Shown piece by piece: positions 54,930-64,000 of a DNA stretch of 64,000 nucleotides. The stretch comes from an uncultured Gammaproteobacteria bacterium. GTDB lineage: Bacteria; Patescibacteriota; Microgenomatia; UBA12405. Both the position numbers and the translations under genes were made by a program. The stretch's first letter is position 1. Every line of letters starts with the position of its first letter. The DNA is taken from positions 195,731 through 259,730 of the forward strand of contig CAZCYZ010000001.1 of assembly GCA_964503465.1 (NCBI GenBank), written 5' to 3'. The notes under the pieces are model-generated. The model saw only the letters and a list, made by a program, of their open reading frames with translations, was not told the origin of the DNA and searched no databases.

Positions 54930-55973
54930 TTACTTCACCCACTTATCTACCACTGCTGGTATATAAGCCACAAAGTTATTGTCACCCTCAAACACAAAAA
55001 TCGGTTGCATGTAATTTGTCAGTGTCACTGGTTCAAAATAAGCCAGATACATTTTTCTGATGGCTACCTTAGCTGACTTATTATCCACTGCTGGCCAATA
55101 ATTGCCCAATTTCAAATCATTCCACGCCTCTTCAGCTGTTTTAATCGGATACGTTTCATACGATTCCCGATCAATGTTGGTGTGTTTATAACTCACTTCC
55201 ACCACCTTTTTTCCTACTACCGTTGATCCGGTTAACAACAATGACACCGAAGCTCTTCCATACTCTGATGATAAAATCTTTGTCTCTTTTTCCAGCGCCT
55301 TCCTAAAAAAATCAACCCTAACAATATTGGCTTCAGCTTGGGAATTTACTGGTACCAAGCCACTATCTTCAATTTTCCAAAAACTAACCTTTTTCTCCCC
55401 TCCCGCCAGATCATCCGACAGTTTTCCTCCCTGGTCAAGGTAAAGTTTGGCTTGCTCAATGGCCTTGTCTTTGGTCGGTACCATCCCACTACTGGATAAT
55501 GTCTGATCAGTTAAGTATGGATAACTAATTTTAAAACTACCATCCAAAACATTAATCACCAAACTTTGATTTAACTGATCATTCCTAAATTCATAAATAC
55601 CATTATTTTGATCTTTCTCTATTGGTTTGGTTATAAATTGAAAGTTTTGAGCTGTCTTTGTTTCTTCCTCCAGGGCCAAAAAAGTGTTTAGTGGTCTATA
55701 AACAACATATACTTTCGCTTGATCCGCAAACTTGGGTAAACTATCGTTAGGAAGTTCCAACACAAACTCTTTCTTCTCTGCCTTTTTTTCTGGAAATACA
55801 ATTTTTGGCAACACTCCATAACGGGTTGTTGGTGGTGTATATGGTGGGTGGGCTGCTCGGTAGGCTTTCACTCCCGCCACCAAACCTGTCCACAGTATTA
55901 CAAAAATCACCAAACCACTGCCGCCGTACTTAATTAAATTCCTCGATAAATAAGCTGTCTGCGTCAGCGACAT
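54930..55973 (-). CDS. Hypothetical secreted/membrane-anchored protein (347 aa)
   Basis: N-terminal TM anchor (LVIFVILWTGLVAG), large extracytoplasmic domain; no confident family. Confidence 0.45.
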   Translation of the reverse strand: MSLTQTAYLSRNLIKYGGSGLVIFVILWTGLVAGVKAYRAAHPPYTPPTTRYGVLPKIVFPEKKAEKKEFVLELPNDSLPKFADQAKVYVVYRPLNTFLALEEETKTAQNFQFITKPIEKDQNNGIYEFRNDQLNQSLVINVLDGSFKISYPYLTDQTLSSSGMVPTKDKAIEQAKLYLDQGGKLSDDLAGGEKKVSFWKIEDSGLVPVNSQAEANIVRVDFFRKALEKETKILSSEYGRASVSLLLTGSTVVGKKVVEVSYKHTNIDRESYETYPIKTAEEAWNDLKLGNYWPAVDNKSAKVAIRKMYLAYFEPVTLTNYMQPIFVFEGDNNFVAYIPAVVDKWVK

Positions 55974-56003
55974 AAGATCATTTTACATTAAATTCTGCTA
56001 AAA

Positions 56004-57407
56004 TTGCCTATGTCTTCTCCCGCTCGTACCCGCATTGCCCCTAGTCCTACCGGCGAAATGCACATTGGCACACTTCGCACTGCCCTTTACTGTTATGCCC
56101 TGGCTCGTCAAACCGGTGGTCAGTTTATTCTTCGCATCGAGGATACCGACCAAAAACGTTATGTTCCTGGATCTGATGATCGTCTTATTCAATCCCTTAA
56201 CATTTGTGGTCTCAATATCGATGAGGGACCATTTTTTCAAACTCAACGCCTCGATATTTATCAACAATATTGTCAACAACTAGTCGATGCTGGTCATGCC
56301 TATTATTGTTTTTGTAGCGAGGAACGTTTAACTCAAATGCGCCAAACTCAAAAAGCCAATCACCAAACTCCTCGTTATGATCGTCATTGTTTGGCTCTGA
56401 CTTCAAACGAAGTTCAAGCCAAAATTTCTGCTGGTGAAAAATATGTTGTTAGAATGAAGATTCCCGACAACGAAACTATTGTTCATCATGATTTGGTTCG
56501 TGGAGAAGTACGTTTTAATACCCACGATCTCGATGATCAGATATTAATGAAATCAAACGGTATCCCTACTTACCATTTGGCTGTTGTGGTTGATGATCAC
56601 CTCATGAACATCACTCATGTCTTTCGTGCTGAAGAGTGGTTGCCATCTACTCCAAAACAAATTTTACTCCATCGTTATTTTGGTTGGGATATGCCACCAT
56701 ATGCCCACCTTTCGGTTTTTCTTGACCCCTCTCATCCTGGCAAAATGAGTAAACGTTATGGTTCAGTTTCTGTTCAGGGGTTTTTAGCCGAAGGGTATCT
56801 TCCCCAAGCATTGCTCAACTTTGTTATGTTGCTCGGTTGGAATCCCGGCACCGATCAAGAAATTATTTCTCTAGAGGAATTCATTAGGCTGTTCAAACTC
56901 GAACAGCTTAACAAAAAACCAGCTATTTTTGATCGCCAGAAACTTGATTATTTTAATGGTTACTATATTCGTCAATTACCCCCAAACGAGCTATTTACAT
57001 ATTTTAAGAAATTTTTACCTCAAGCCACCGATGATCAGGTAAATGCTCTCATTCCCATTCTTCATGATCGCATTGTTAAATTTTCTGATCTCCCGGTTCA
57101 AACAAAATTCCTCTTTGAAGATTTTGATTACCCCACCGATTTGTTGTTCCAACGTGGTGCCGATAGGGGATTAGTTGTTGATGTTTTAACCAAAACCAAG
57201 AACTTATTTACCGATTTCTCCAATCTTCAGAACCGGCTTATGGAATTAATTAAAGAAAATAATTGGAACGTCGGCCAATTTTTTATGATTCTTCGTGTAG
57301 CTATTTGTGGAGTCACTCAAACTCCGCCCCTGGTTGATTGTCTTCCAATTTTGGGTCAAGCCAAAACTATTCATAAATTAGAACTGGCTCTTGCTAAACT
57401 GAAATAA
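56004..57407 (+). CDS. gltX: Glutamyl-tRNA synthetase
   Basis: PSPTGEMHIGTLRTAL HIGH-type motif; KMSKRYG KMSKS motif. Confidence 0.9.
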   Translation: MPMSSPARTRIAPSPTGEMHIGTLRTALYCYALARQTGGQFILRIEDTDQKRYVPGSDDRLIQSLNICGLNIDEGPFFQTQRLDIYQQYCQQLVDAGHAYYCFCSEERLTQMRQTQKANHQTPRYDRHCLALTSNEVQAKISAGEKYVVRMKIPDNETIVHHDLVRGEVRFNTHDLDDQILMKSNGIPTYHLAVVVDDHLMNITHVFRAEEWLPSTPKQILLHRYFGWDMPPYAHLSVFLDPSHPGKMSKRYGSVSVQGFLAEGYLPQALLNFVMLLGWNPGTDQEIISLEEFIRLFKLEQLNKKPAIFDRQKLDYFNGYYIRQLPPNELFTYFKKFLPQATDDQVNALIPILHDRIVKFSDLPVQTKFLFEDFDYPTDLLFQRGADRGLVVDVLTKTKNLFTDFSNLQNRLMELIKENNWNVGQFFMILRVAICGVTQTPPLVDCLPILGQAKTIHKLELALAKLK

Positions 57408-58258
57408 TGTTAGTGGTTGTTGTCTTGTTTTTGATTTTTACCCAGCCCTCTTTTGCCGTCGACCCGATTGTTAAGATAACCAATTTCTCATCCAATTCTT
57501 CTCCTGAATGGGTCGAAGTTTACAACCAAACCGATACCATTATTGATCTTACCGGTTGGGCTATTGGTGATAGTAATACTCAAGTTCTTTACGATTTACC
57601 ATTGACTGGTTGTTTATCCCCCAATACTTATCAAACTTTTTTCCACGACAGCGGATGGCTCAACGATGACGGCGATACTATTTATCTTTATAATTCCCAA
57701 CCAACACTCATCGATTCTTTTATTTACACCGACGGTAAATACGACCCAAATTATAGATCTACCAATACCTGTACTCCTACTCCGCCAGTTCCGACTTCTT
57801 CTCCGACTCCAATTCCGACTGTTATCCCCACAAATACTCCATTACCCCTACCAACTATCACTCCATCTCCTACCAATATTCCTACGATTATTAATACCCC
57901 AGCAGTCACCAATACTCCTGGGCCTACTAATACCCCCACCGCTACCAAAACTCCCGCCCCTACCAATATTCCCACCGCTACCAAAACCCTCACTCCCACC
58001 AAGAAACCCACCCTTACCCCCAGTGTTACCGAAGAGAAAATTATTGAAACCATTGTCGATGAGTCTTTTCAAACTCCTACCCCCGCCCCAGTTCTTGGTA
58101 TTTCCGACATCATTACCCCATCCCCCACCATTAATCCGCCTCGTCAGCCTGCTGACATTTCCAAGTTTATCCCCACTATCTTTATTACTGTTGGCGGGCT
58201 CCTCCTCCTGTCACCCCTTGCCATCACTGCCTTGTCCAAAATTCGACAAAAATATTAA
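57407..58258 (+). CDS. Secreted lamin-tail-domain (LTD) protein with Pro/Thr-rich repeat linker and C-terminal TM anchor
   Basis: Signal peptide ...PSFA/VDP; LTD motif SPEWVEVYNQTDTIIDLTGWAIGD; PT-rich tandem repeats (TNTPTATKTPAPTNIPTATKT); start overlaps the gltX stop (TAATG). Confidence 0.7.
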   Translation: MLVVVVLFLIFTQPSFAVDPIVKITNFSSNSSPEWVEVYNQTDTIIDLTGWAIGDSNTQVLYDLPLTGCLSPNTYQTFFHDSGWLNDDGDTIYLYNSQPTLIDSFIYTDGKYDPNYRSTNTCTPTPPVPTSSPTPIPTVIPTNTPLPLPTITPSPTNIPTIINTPAVTNTPGPTNTPTATKTPAPTNIPTATKTLTPTKKPTLTPSVTEEKIIETIVDESFQTPTPAPVLGISDIITPSPTINPPRQPADISKFIPTIFITVGGLLLLSPLAITALSKIRQKY

Positions 58259-58499
58259 GTTATAGGAATTCAATAATTGTCTCTTACGGTTATAATGCAG
58301 AAAATATAAGACCATTGTCTATTGACACGACATAAGTAGTTGATATAGCATGAGATGCCAATGGTATTCAGACTAAAAAATAATAAATTGGAATGAACTC
58401 TAAATCCCTCACTTTGTGGGGGATTTTTTGTTCCCCATTGGTTATTATTAATTAACATTTATTAATCCAAAAAGGAGGTGAAAACTTACAAATAAAACC

Positions 58500-59546
58500 A
58501 TGAAAAAAATCTTATTAAGTCTTTTAATTGTTGCAGGGGTAGCTGGATCTATTGCCCTTGGTACTAGTGCTTATTTCACCGACGAAGAACAAGCGCTGGG
58601 TAATACCTTTACTACCGGCACTATTGACATCGCCGTTGATGGTACTAATCCATGGACAAGAACCGCTCCTTACACTTTCGAGGATATGAAACCCAGTCAG
58701 GTTGAGTATTCCAACTTTGAAATCGAAAACGTTGGCACCAATCCTGCTAATGTGTGGAAAAAAGTTGATGTTGTCTCCACCGCAGATGGGTTAATATCAG
58801 AGCCAGAATGTGTTGAGGGTAACGGAACCTGGGATAATGCCACTAAAACATGTGGAGGTAGTTATGTTGCCAAAAACGACATTGATACCGCCATTACTTA
58901 TGATCTTTCAGTTGAACTTTATGACGCCGCAGGTGTCAAACAATGGAATCAAGTGCTTTACGACATGGACAAAACCATTGCCCAAATCAATGGCCAATCT
59001 GTGTCTTTGGGTATGATTCCTGCTGGTTGGTCTATGAAGGTTACTGAAAGCTATCACATGCTTTCCGAAACCACCAACTGGGCTCAGGGCGATGTTATGA
59101 ATTTCAACATCACTCTTAGCGCTGAACAGCTCAAGGGTGTCGCCACTCTAGAAGATAAAAGTGCTGATTGGCAAGTACAAGGTGACACTACACCTAAAGG
59201 TACTCTGACATATGGAGTTAAAGACTCCACTTTTACCTATACCTTTACTGGCGTAGCACCATTAGCAAGTACTAACTACTCGCTAATAGCCTATTACGAA
59301 CCATTCTCAAGCCCATCTGCTTCAGGATGGCCGAGAACTGTTGAGATTTTAGGGACAACCGTCTCTGATGGTAGCGGTAATGTTTCCATTCCCTCTACTC
59401 CATTGACCTTGACCCATGATCTTCTTAACATGAAGGTCTGGTTAGTCCCAAGTTCGAATTTGACTGGTAGCACTATGAGTGGGTTCACTCAAAGCGCCAT
59501 TTTGTTCGATACTGGTCTTCTTGACTATTACCGATCCGGTATCTAG
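58500..59546 (+). CDS. TasA/camelysin-family (Peptidase_M73-like) secreted protein with SipW-cognate signal peptide
   Basis: N-terminus ...GTSAYFTDEEQALGNTFTTGTIDIA aligns to the TasA/CalY signal-proximal motif (AFNDIKSKDATFASGTLDLS); strong RBS aaaggaggtg. Confidence 0.75.
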   Translation: MKKILLSLLIVAGVAGSIALGTSAYFTDEEQALGNTFTTGTIDIAVDGTNPWTRTAPYTFEDMKPSQVEYSNFEIENVGTNPANVWKKVDVVSTADGLISEPECVEGNGTWDNATKTCGGSYVAKNDIDTAITYDLSVELYDAAGVKQWNQVLYDMDKTIAQINGQSVSLGMIPAGWSMKVTESYHMLSETTNWAQGDVMNFNITLSAEQLKGVATLEDKSADWQVQGDTTPKGTLTYGVKDSTFTYTFTGVAPLASTNYSLIAYYEPFSSPSASGWPRTVEILGTTVSDGSGNVSIPSTPLTLTHDLLNMKVWLVPSSNLTGSTMSGFTQSAILFDTGLLDYYRSGI

Positions 59547-59631
59547 TCAATAATCTTTCTGCGTCAGAGTGGGAGTAGTTACTTCCACTCTGACAGGACA
59601 GAGGTGTGAAATATATACAATCAATCTACTA

Positions 59632-60183
59632 ATGTTTAAAAAAGTAACTAGCATCATATATATCCTGACCATTACGTTGGTGGTAGTTATCGCTATTGCT
59701 ACAATACTTACTGTTACAAAAGCTCCCGGAGGAATTCGTCTCTTTGTTGTCCAATCTGGATCAATGGAGCCAACGATAAAAACTGGATCAGTCGTCATAA
59801 TTTCCCCCCGCGACAACTATCAGAAAGACGATATTATTACCTATTTTGCCGATCCGTCTAAAACTAATCTTCGAACACCTAATTCAACTGTCACCCATCG
59901 AATTGTAGATATTAAAACAGAAAAGGAATCCACTCTCTTTCAAACTCGAGGTGACTCCAACAATTCCCCCGACAAAGATCCCGTGTCTCCTAAATCTGTT
60001 CTCGGTAAAGTCGTTTTAAGTATTCCATATGTCGGACGAATTATCGCTTTCACCAAAACCCAAGTTGGTTTTTTATCATTAATTGTCATTCCTGGGACAA
60101 TTATTATCTATAGTGAACTTATCAATATCAAAAGTGAAGTTAAGCGTTTACTGACGTCTAAAAGTAAAAAACCTCCCAAATGA
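59632..60183 (+). CDS. sipW: Signal peptidase I, archaeal/ER type (SipW-like, S26B)
   Basis: FVVQSGSMEPTIKTGSVVII (Ser box), VTHRIV (His box), FQTRGDSNNSPD and LGKVVLSIPYVGR align closely to B. subtilis SipW; start at the ATG at 59632 inside ORF 59569..60183. Confidence 0.8.
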   Translation: MFKKVTSIIYILTITLVVVIAIATILTVTKAPGGIRLFVVQSGSMEPTIKTGSVVIISPRDNYQKDDIITYFADPSKTNLRTPNSTVTHRIVDIKTEKESTLFQTRGDSNNSPDKDPVSPKSVLGKVVLSIPYVGRIIAFTKTQVGFLSLIVIPGTIIIYSELINIKSEVKRLLTSKSKKPPK

Positions 60184-62660
60184 AACGTCTAATATTAAAA
60201 TTTTGTGTGCTAACCACCCTCCTGGTATTAACATATCTTCCATATAGTGGCTCCACCCTCACCGATGAAGAATCATTTGTTAACAACTCAATAACTGCGG
60301 GTTGTTGGTCAGCGCCATCGGTCCCGGTTTTACTAAGTCCAGGAAACAATACTTACGCTGGTAGTGGTTCTCCCTGGGATCTCGATCCTCGTATGGATTG
60401 GGACGACTCATCAATTTACTGTGATGCCCCCAACACTCTCCGCTATCAATATGAGTCTTATTCTGATGCCGCTTTAACCCACCTGCTATATCAATCTGCC
60501 TGGTTAACCGATTCTCAAATCCCTGCTCCTGGCACTCCCGACGGTGTCTATTATTGGCGAGTCCGGGCCAAAGATGGTCAAGAAAATATAAGTGAATTTA
60601 GCTTACCCTGGAAATTTACCGTCGACCGTGTCAATCCCGCTACCCCCTCATTATCTGTCACCGGTTCCTACACCAAAGCCGTCGAAGAACGCCTTACTAA
60701 TGGTAATTTTGAAACTGGTGACATTTCCGGCTGGACTACCGCCGGTAACGTCACCGTTTTAAACAGCGACACTGTCACTGATCCCGCCCTTACCATTAAT
60801 CCAGCCAACGGCAACTATATGGTTCGTTTAGGTGATTCAGCCGACCCTGGTAACTTTGTTTGGGAAAATCGTTTGATGCAGTCTTTTGCTACTGGAGCCA
60901 AAAGTATTTCCCTTCGTTACAATTACTTTAGCCGTGATTATGGGCCTTTTGATGATCCAGGCTTTTTCATTCGACTCGGTGGCCAAGAAGTTTTTCGTCT
61001 CGCTACTAGTGCCGTTAATTCGGGTGGTATCGGCGATGCCCAAGCTCGTTCTACCGATTGGCAGGAATTTTATTACGATCTAAGTTCCCAAAATAACAGT
61101 CAAACAAATCTAGCTATTTATGCCGGTAATACTGGTGACAAAAGCTATCAGTCTTGGGCTTATGTCGACCAATTTACTACCTACTTTGTTTCCGCCCCTC
61201 TCCACGCTAGTTATTCGCTCTCGGGAAATGATAATCCTTCCGGCTCCGGTCTCAATCGTTTTGAATACAACCTTGATAGTACCTCTTGGACTCCGATAGC
61301 TATCGGTGTCACTTTTACTATTTCCTCCGGTGGTGAACATAATCTTCAATACCGCTCCATCGATAATGCCAACAATCACAGTGATATTTCTACCGTTCGT
61401 CTTATAGTTGACGCCACTCCTCCAAATGATATTACCGATCTTGCTTCTACTTCAATTAGTGCCAATCAAGCCACCCTGACTTGGACTGCCCCCGGCAACG
61501 ATGGCTCATCTGGTAAATCCTCAACTTACGATCTCCGTTATTCAACCTCACCTATCACCACTGCTAATTTTGATTCGGCCACAAAAATTGATCATTTACC
61601 CTCACCTCAAACTTCTGGTGCCAGTGAAACTTTTGAGGTTACTGGTCTTAATCCTAGCACTACCTACTATTTTGCTATTAAATCAGCCGACGAAGCCCCC
61701 AACTGGTCAGATGTCAGCAATGTCATTACTCTGACCACCACCGCTGGCCTAACTCTCAACCGCGGCGATATTGTTATCAACGAAATTCTTTGGATTGGTG
61801 GTACCAACCCCGAGCAAATAATTGAAGTCCGCAACACTACCGATCGTCTTTTTACTGATCTTTCAACTCTCTCTCTAAAACTGGGTGGAACCGAAGTTGT
61901 TAACTTTGCTGGTACCACCCTCCCTCCTCATGGTTATCTTTTGATTTCAACTCTTAACAATTCCGATACTAATATTGGCAACACCGCCAGTACTATTGAT
62001 ATTCCCAATGCCGTCCTTGATCTTCCGCGAACTGTTTTGGATTTGGCTCTGGAGAACAACTCTACTCAAATTGATCTTGCCTGGACTACTCTTGAGCCGG
62101 TCACCGAAGGGGTTTTCGATACTACCTCCGGGGCAGAAAAATATTATTCCATGGAACGTCTCTCAACTCCTGGGGAAGGGGACGATCCTCTTAATTGGTA
62201 CACCTGTATCGATGCCGCTTCTGGCCCTGATTTCTTCAAAGTTGTTGTCGGTGTTGACTTCCGCGGTACTCCTAAAGCCGATAATCGTTCTGAGAATGAA
62301 CCTCTAGCTCATCTTCGCCCTGCAAGTCGCCAACCAACCACCACCCCAACTCCGCGTCTTGAACCAAGTATCGCCCTAACCCCAGTTGACAAGGACAACA
62401 AAATCACCCTCAATATTAGCGACTTATTTACCTCGGTTGAATATGAAATCAAATATACCAATTCTGCTGGCGAACAAGGTTTTGGCGGCAAACTTGATAT
62501 CACTGATATAGTTAATGGTCAGATTAGCCGTCAATTTTATCTTGGCACTTGTTCCTCAGGTGGTATCTGTATCCCCGACGCTGATATCGGTTCAACCGCC
62601 AACGTTACTCTTACCTCCGAAACTGTTAATCTTAGTAAAACCTTTACCATTAAGCCATGA
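60180..62660 (+). CDS. Large secreted cell-surface protein (826 aa) with SipW-cognate-like N-terminal motif, a fibronectin type III domain and a C-terminal LTD-like domain
   Basis: N-terminus ...SGSTLTDEESFVNNSITAG resembles the TasA-class signal motif; FN3 (LTWTAPGNDGSSGKSSTYDLRY...YYFAIKSAD); LTD-like GDIVINEILWIGGTNPEQIIEVRNTTD. Confidence 0.65.
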   Translation: MKRLILKFCVLTTLLVLTYLPYSGSTLTDEESFVNNSITAGCWSAPSVPVLLSPGNNTYAGSGSPWDLDPRMDWDDSSIYCDAPNTLRYQYESYSDAALTHLLYQSAWLTDSQIPAPGTPDGVYYWRVRAKDGQENISEFSLPWKFTVDRVNPATPSLSVTGSYTKAVEERLTNGNFETGDISGWTTAGNVTVLNSDTVTDPALTINPANGNYMVRLGDSADPGNFVWENRLMQSFATGAKSISLRYNYFSRDYGPFDDPGFFIRLGGQEVFRLATSAVNSGGIGDAQARSTDWQEFYYDLSSQNNSQTNLAIYAGNTGDKSYQSWAYVDQFTTYFVSAPLHASYSLSGNDNPSGSGLNRFEYNLDSTSWTPIAIGVTFTISSGGEHNLQYRSIDNANNHSDISTVRLIVDATPPNDITDLASTSISANQATLTWTAPGNDGSSGKSSTYDLRYSTSPITTANFDSATKIDHLPSPQTSGASETFEVTGLNPSTTYYFAIKSADEAPNWSDVSNVITLTTTAGLTLNRGDIVINEILWIGGTNPEQIIEVRNTTDRLFTDLSTLSLKLGGTEVVNFAGTTLPPHGYLLISTLNNSDTNIGNTASTIDIPNAVLDLPRTVLDLALENNSTQIDLAWTTLEPVTEGVFDTTSGAEKYYSMERLSTPGEGDDPLNWYTCIDAASGPDFFKVVVGVDFRGTPKADNRSENEPLAHLRPASRQPTTTPTPRLEPSIALTPVDKDNKITLNISDLFTSVEYEIKYTNSAGEQGFGGKLDITDIVNGQISRQFYLGTCSSGGICIPDADIGSTANVTLTSETVNLSKTFTIKP

Positions 62661-63886
62661 TTCGTAAAATATTTACCTCATTAATAGCCTTCTCTTTTAT
62701 ATCCTGTCTTCTTCCCACTTCAACTTTTGCTACCAATGCCGTTATTACCTGTGAGCTGTCAGGTTGTACCAAAGACACTGGCACCAACCCTTTGTTTTAT
62801 GAAGAAAATATTTTACCTGGCTTTTCAGTTACTCGGCAAGTCACTGTTACCAACAACCGGCCCGACGACTGTAATTTATATTACAAAGCTTATAATCCCC
62901 GTTTCGATATTTTAGCCGACAAGATTTTTATTACTCGTGACACCACTACTAAAACTTTAAACCAATTTACTGATTCAGCTAATTATTTTCTTGGCACTCT
63001 TACTCCTGGTCAATCCCAAGTTTATTCCTGGAAAGCAGTTTTTGACCCTACTGCTGGCAACGAGTATCAAAACAAGAAAAGTATTTTTGATTTTGATTTT
63101 ATTTTTGAATGCAATGAATCTTATCTAACTCCTACTCCCACCTCTACATCCACCACTACCAGTACTGGTGGTGGGGGTGGTAATGCCAACAATCCTCCAG
63201 TCTGTAACGATTCTTATCCCCAAGCTCCGACAGGGTTTTATGCCCGCCGCAACGTTGGTGGTGCCAGTGTTACTTTGTTTTGGAATCAAAGTACTTCTCC
63301 GCATACTCACTACTTAATCGCCTATGGTGTTCGCCCTGGTGAATATATTTACGGTAATCCCAATGTTGGTGATGTTGACAACTACACTGTTCGTAGTCTC
63401 GTACCAGGAGCTCAATATTGTTTCTATGTTCGTACCATCAATGGTTGTATGCCAGGGGACAAGACAATTGAAGACTGTGTTAACGTCGGCGGACCGGAAA
63501 TTATTCCTGCTACACCTCCTGAAGGTTTTCAGCCCGGTGTTTTAGGAACTCAAGAAACTACTCCCATCGTTTCTGAAACCGGTGAAGTTGGTGGCGTTAC
63601 TACCTCTGCTTGTCAGCGTTACTGGTTACCAATCCTTTATTTTATTGCCCTTATCATCAATTTACTTTATCTTCACCGTCAGGCTAATCTTAAACCCGAC
63701 AATCGCTCCATCTGGCGTTATCTTTTGCCACCGGTACTTTCACTTTTCCTTTACTGGGTCGATCTTTATATTCTTCGCCAGCGTTGTTGTCTTATTGTTA
63801 ATACCTATTGTCGTTATTTCTGGATTGGGAATATCCTTTCGGCCCTCGTTCCAGTCTGGTTCTATAACAAAATCAAGGAAAAGTAG
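62657..63886 (+). CDS. Secreted surface protein with TasA-like N-domain, Thr/Gly-rich linker, FN3 domain and C-terminal TM anchor
   Basis: Signal peptide; FYEENILPGFSVTRQVTVTNN resembles the TasA core start (LKPGDKLTKDFQFENNGS); FN3 (SVTLFWNQST...YCFYVRTING); C-terminal hydrophobic helices. Confidence 0.55.
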   Translation: MIRKIFTSLIAFSFISCLLPTSTFATNAVITCELSGCTKDTGTNPLFYEENILPGFSVTRQVTVTNNRPDDCNLYYKAYNPRFDILADKIFITRDTTTKTLNQFTDSANYFLGTLTPGQSQVYSWKAVFDPTAGNEYQNKKSIFDFDFIFECNESYLTPTPTSTSTTTSTGGGGGNANNPPVCNDSYPQAPTGFYARRNVGGASVTLFWNQSTSPHTHYLIAYGVRPGEYIYGNPNVGDVDNYTVRSLVPGAQYCFYVRTINGCMPGDKTIEDCVNVGGPEIIPATPPEGFQPGVLGTQETTPIVSETGEVGGVTTSACQRYWLPILYFIALIINLLYLHRQANLKPDNRSIWRYLLPPVLSLFLYWVDLYILRQRCCLIVNTYCRYFWIGNILSALVPVWFYNKIKEK

Positions 63887-64000
63887 TATACACTAATCTT
63901 GTGGCCCGCTTTATTTCTTTACTTTTTATCCCCCAGAAAAAAAACAATCATCGGGCCCTGCTCCTCCAACCATCGTTTTTAGGTATTTTTATTGCTGTTT

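Noticed and set aside
1-64000. Searched for CRISPR arrays, cas genes, transposases/IS elements, integrases, rRNA genes, restriction-modification or other defence genes
   Set aside because: I found none of these. There are no direct-repeat/spacer arrays, no recognisable transposase, integrase or nuclease-helicase defence modules, and no rRNA-like sequence. The only repeats are the two short families described above.

Overview
This window looks like part of a small, AT-rich bacterial genome that resembles CPR/Patescibacteria. I infer this from frequent GTG/TTG starts, no rpmD (L30) between rpsE and rplO, and a reduced RNase P RNA. Most of the window (about 1-27.3 kb) is the conserved str/S10/spc/alpha ribosomal super-operon. 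It runs rpoC (3' end), rpsL, rpsG, fusA, tuf, rpsJ through rplO, secY, adk, infA, rpmJ, rpsM, rpsK, rpsD, rpoA, rplQ, rplM and rpsI. The operon is interrupted by a roughly 6.3-kb block between rpsG and fusA. That block holds a LytR_C-domain membrane protein, the dTDP-rhamnose genes rfbABCD, and two minus-strand genes. A NUDIX gene and a PNPOx-like gene sit around adk. Downstream are uppP, a minus-strand tRNA-Pro(GGG), recA-recX, RNase Y and HU. Next comes an ABC-2 exporter (one ATPase, two permeases) immediately followed by a B12-binding-domain radical SAM gene. That rSAM gene has an atypical CX4CX2C motif and foreign codon usage, and a co-located 63-aa ORF shares the same codon usage. After that come ychF, miaA, an AI-2E transporter and a minus-strand RNase P RNA. 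An unannotated strong-RBS zinc-ribbon mini-gene (51 aa) lies nearby. Then follow a DUF3048 protein, a wHTH regulator with a coupled AbrB/MazE-like protein, secDF, a GT-C glycosyltransferase, cca, an RRM protein and recJ. Also present are a class-IIb Asp/Asn-tRNA synthetase with a C-terminal YbaK-like editing-domain fusion, a D-Ala-D-Ala carboxypeptidase and gltX. The last about 6.5 kb encodes cell-surface proteins built around a TasA/camelysin-like protein, an archaeal-type signal peptidase (SipW) and large FN3/LTD proteins carrying SipW-cognate signal motifs. There are two small repeat families. One is a G-rich hairpin/terminator element with G-quadruplex-like tracts (5 copies, two inside the miaA ORF). 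The other is an AT-rich roughly 30-nt motif upstream of rpsG, rpsJ and rpsD and inside ychF. I saw no CRISPR arrays, transposases or rRNA genes.
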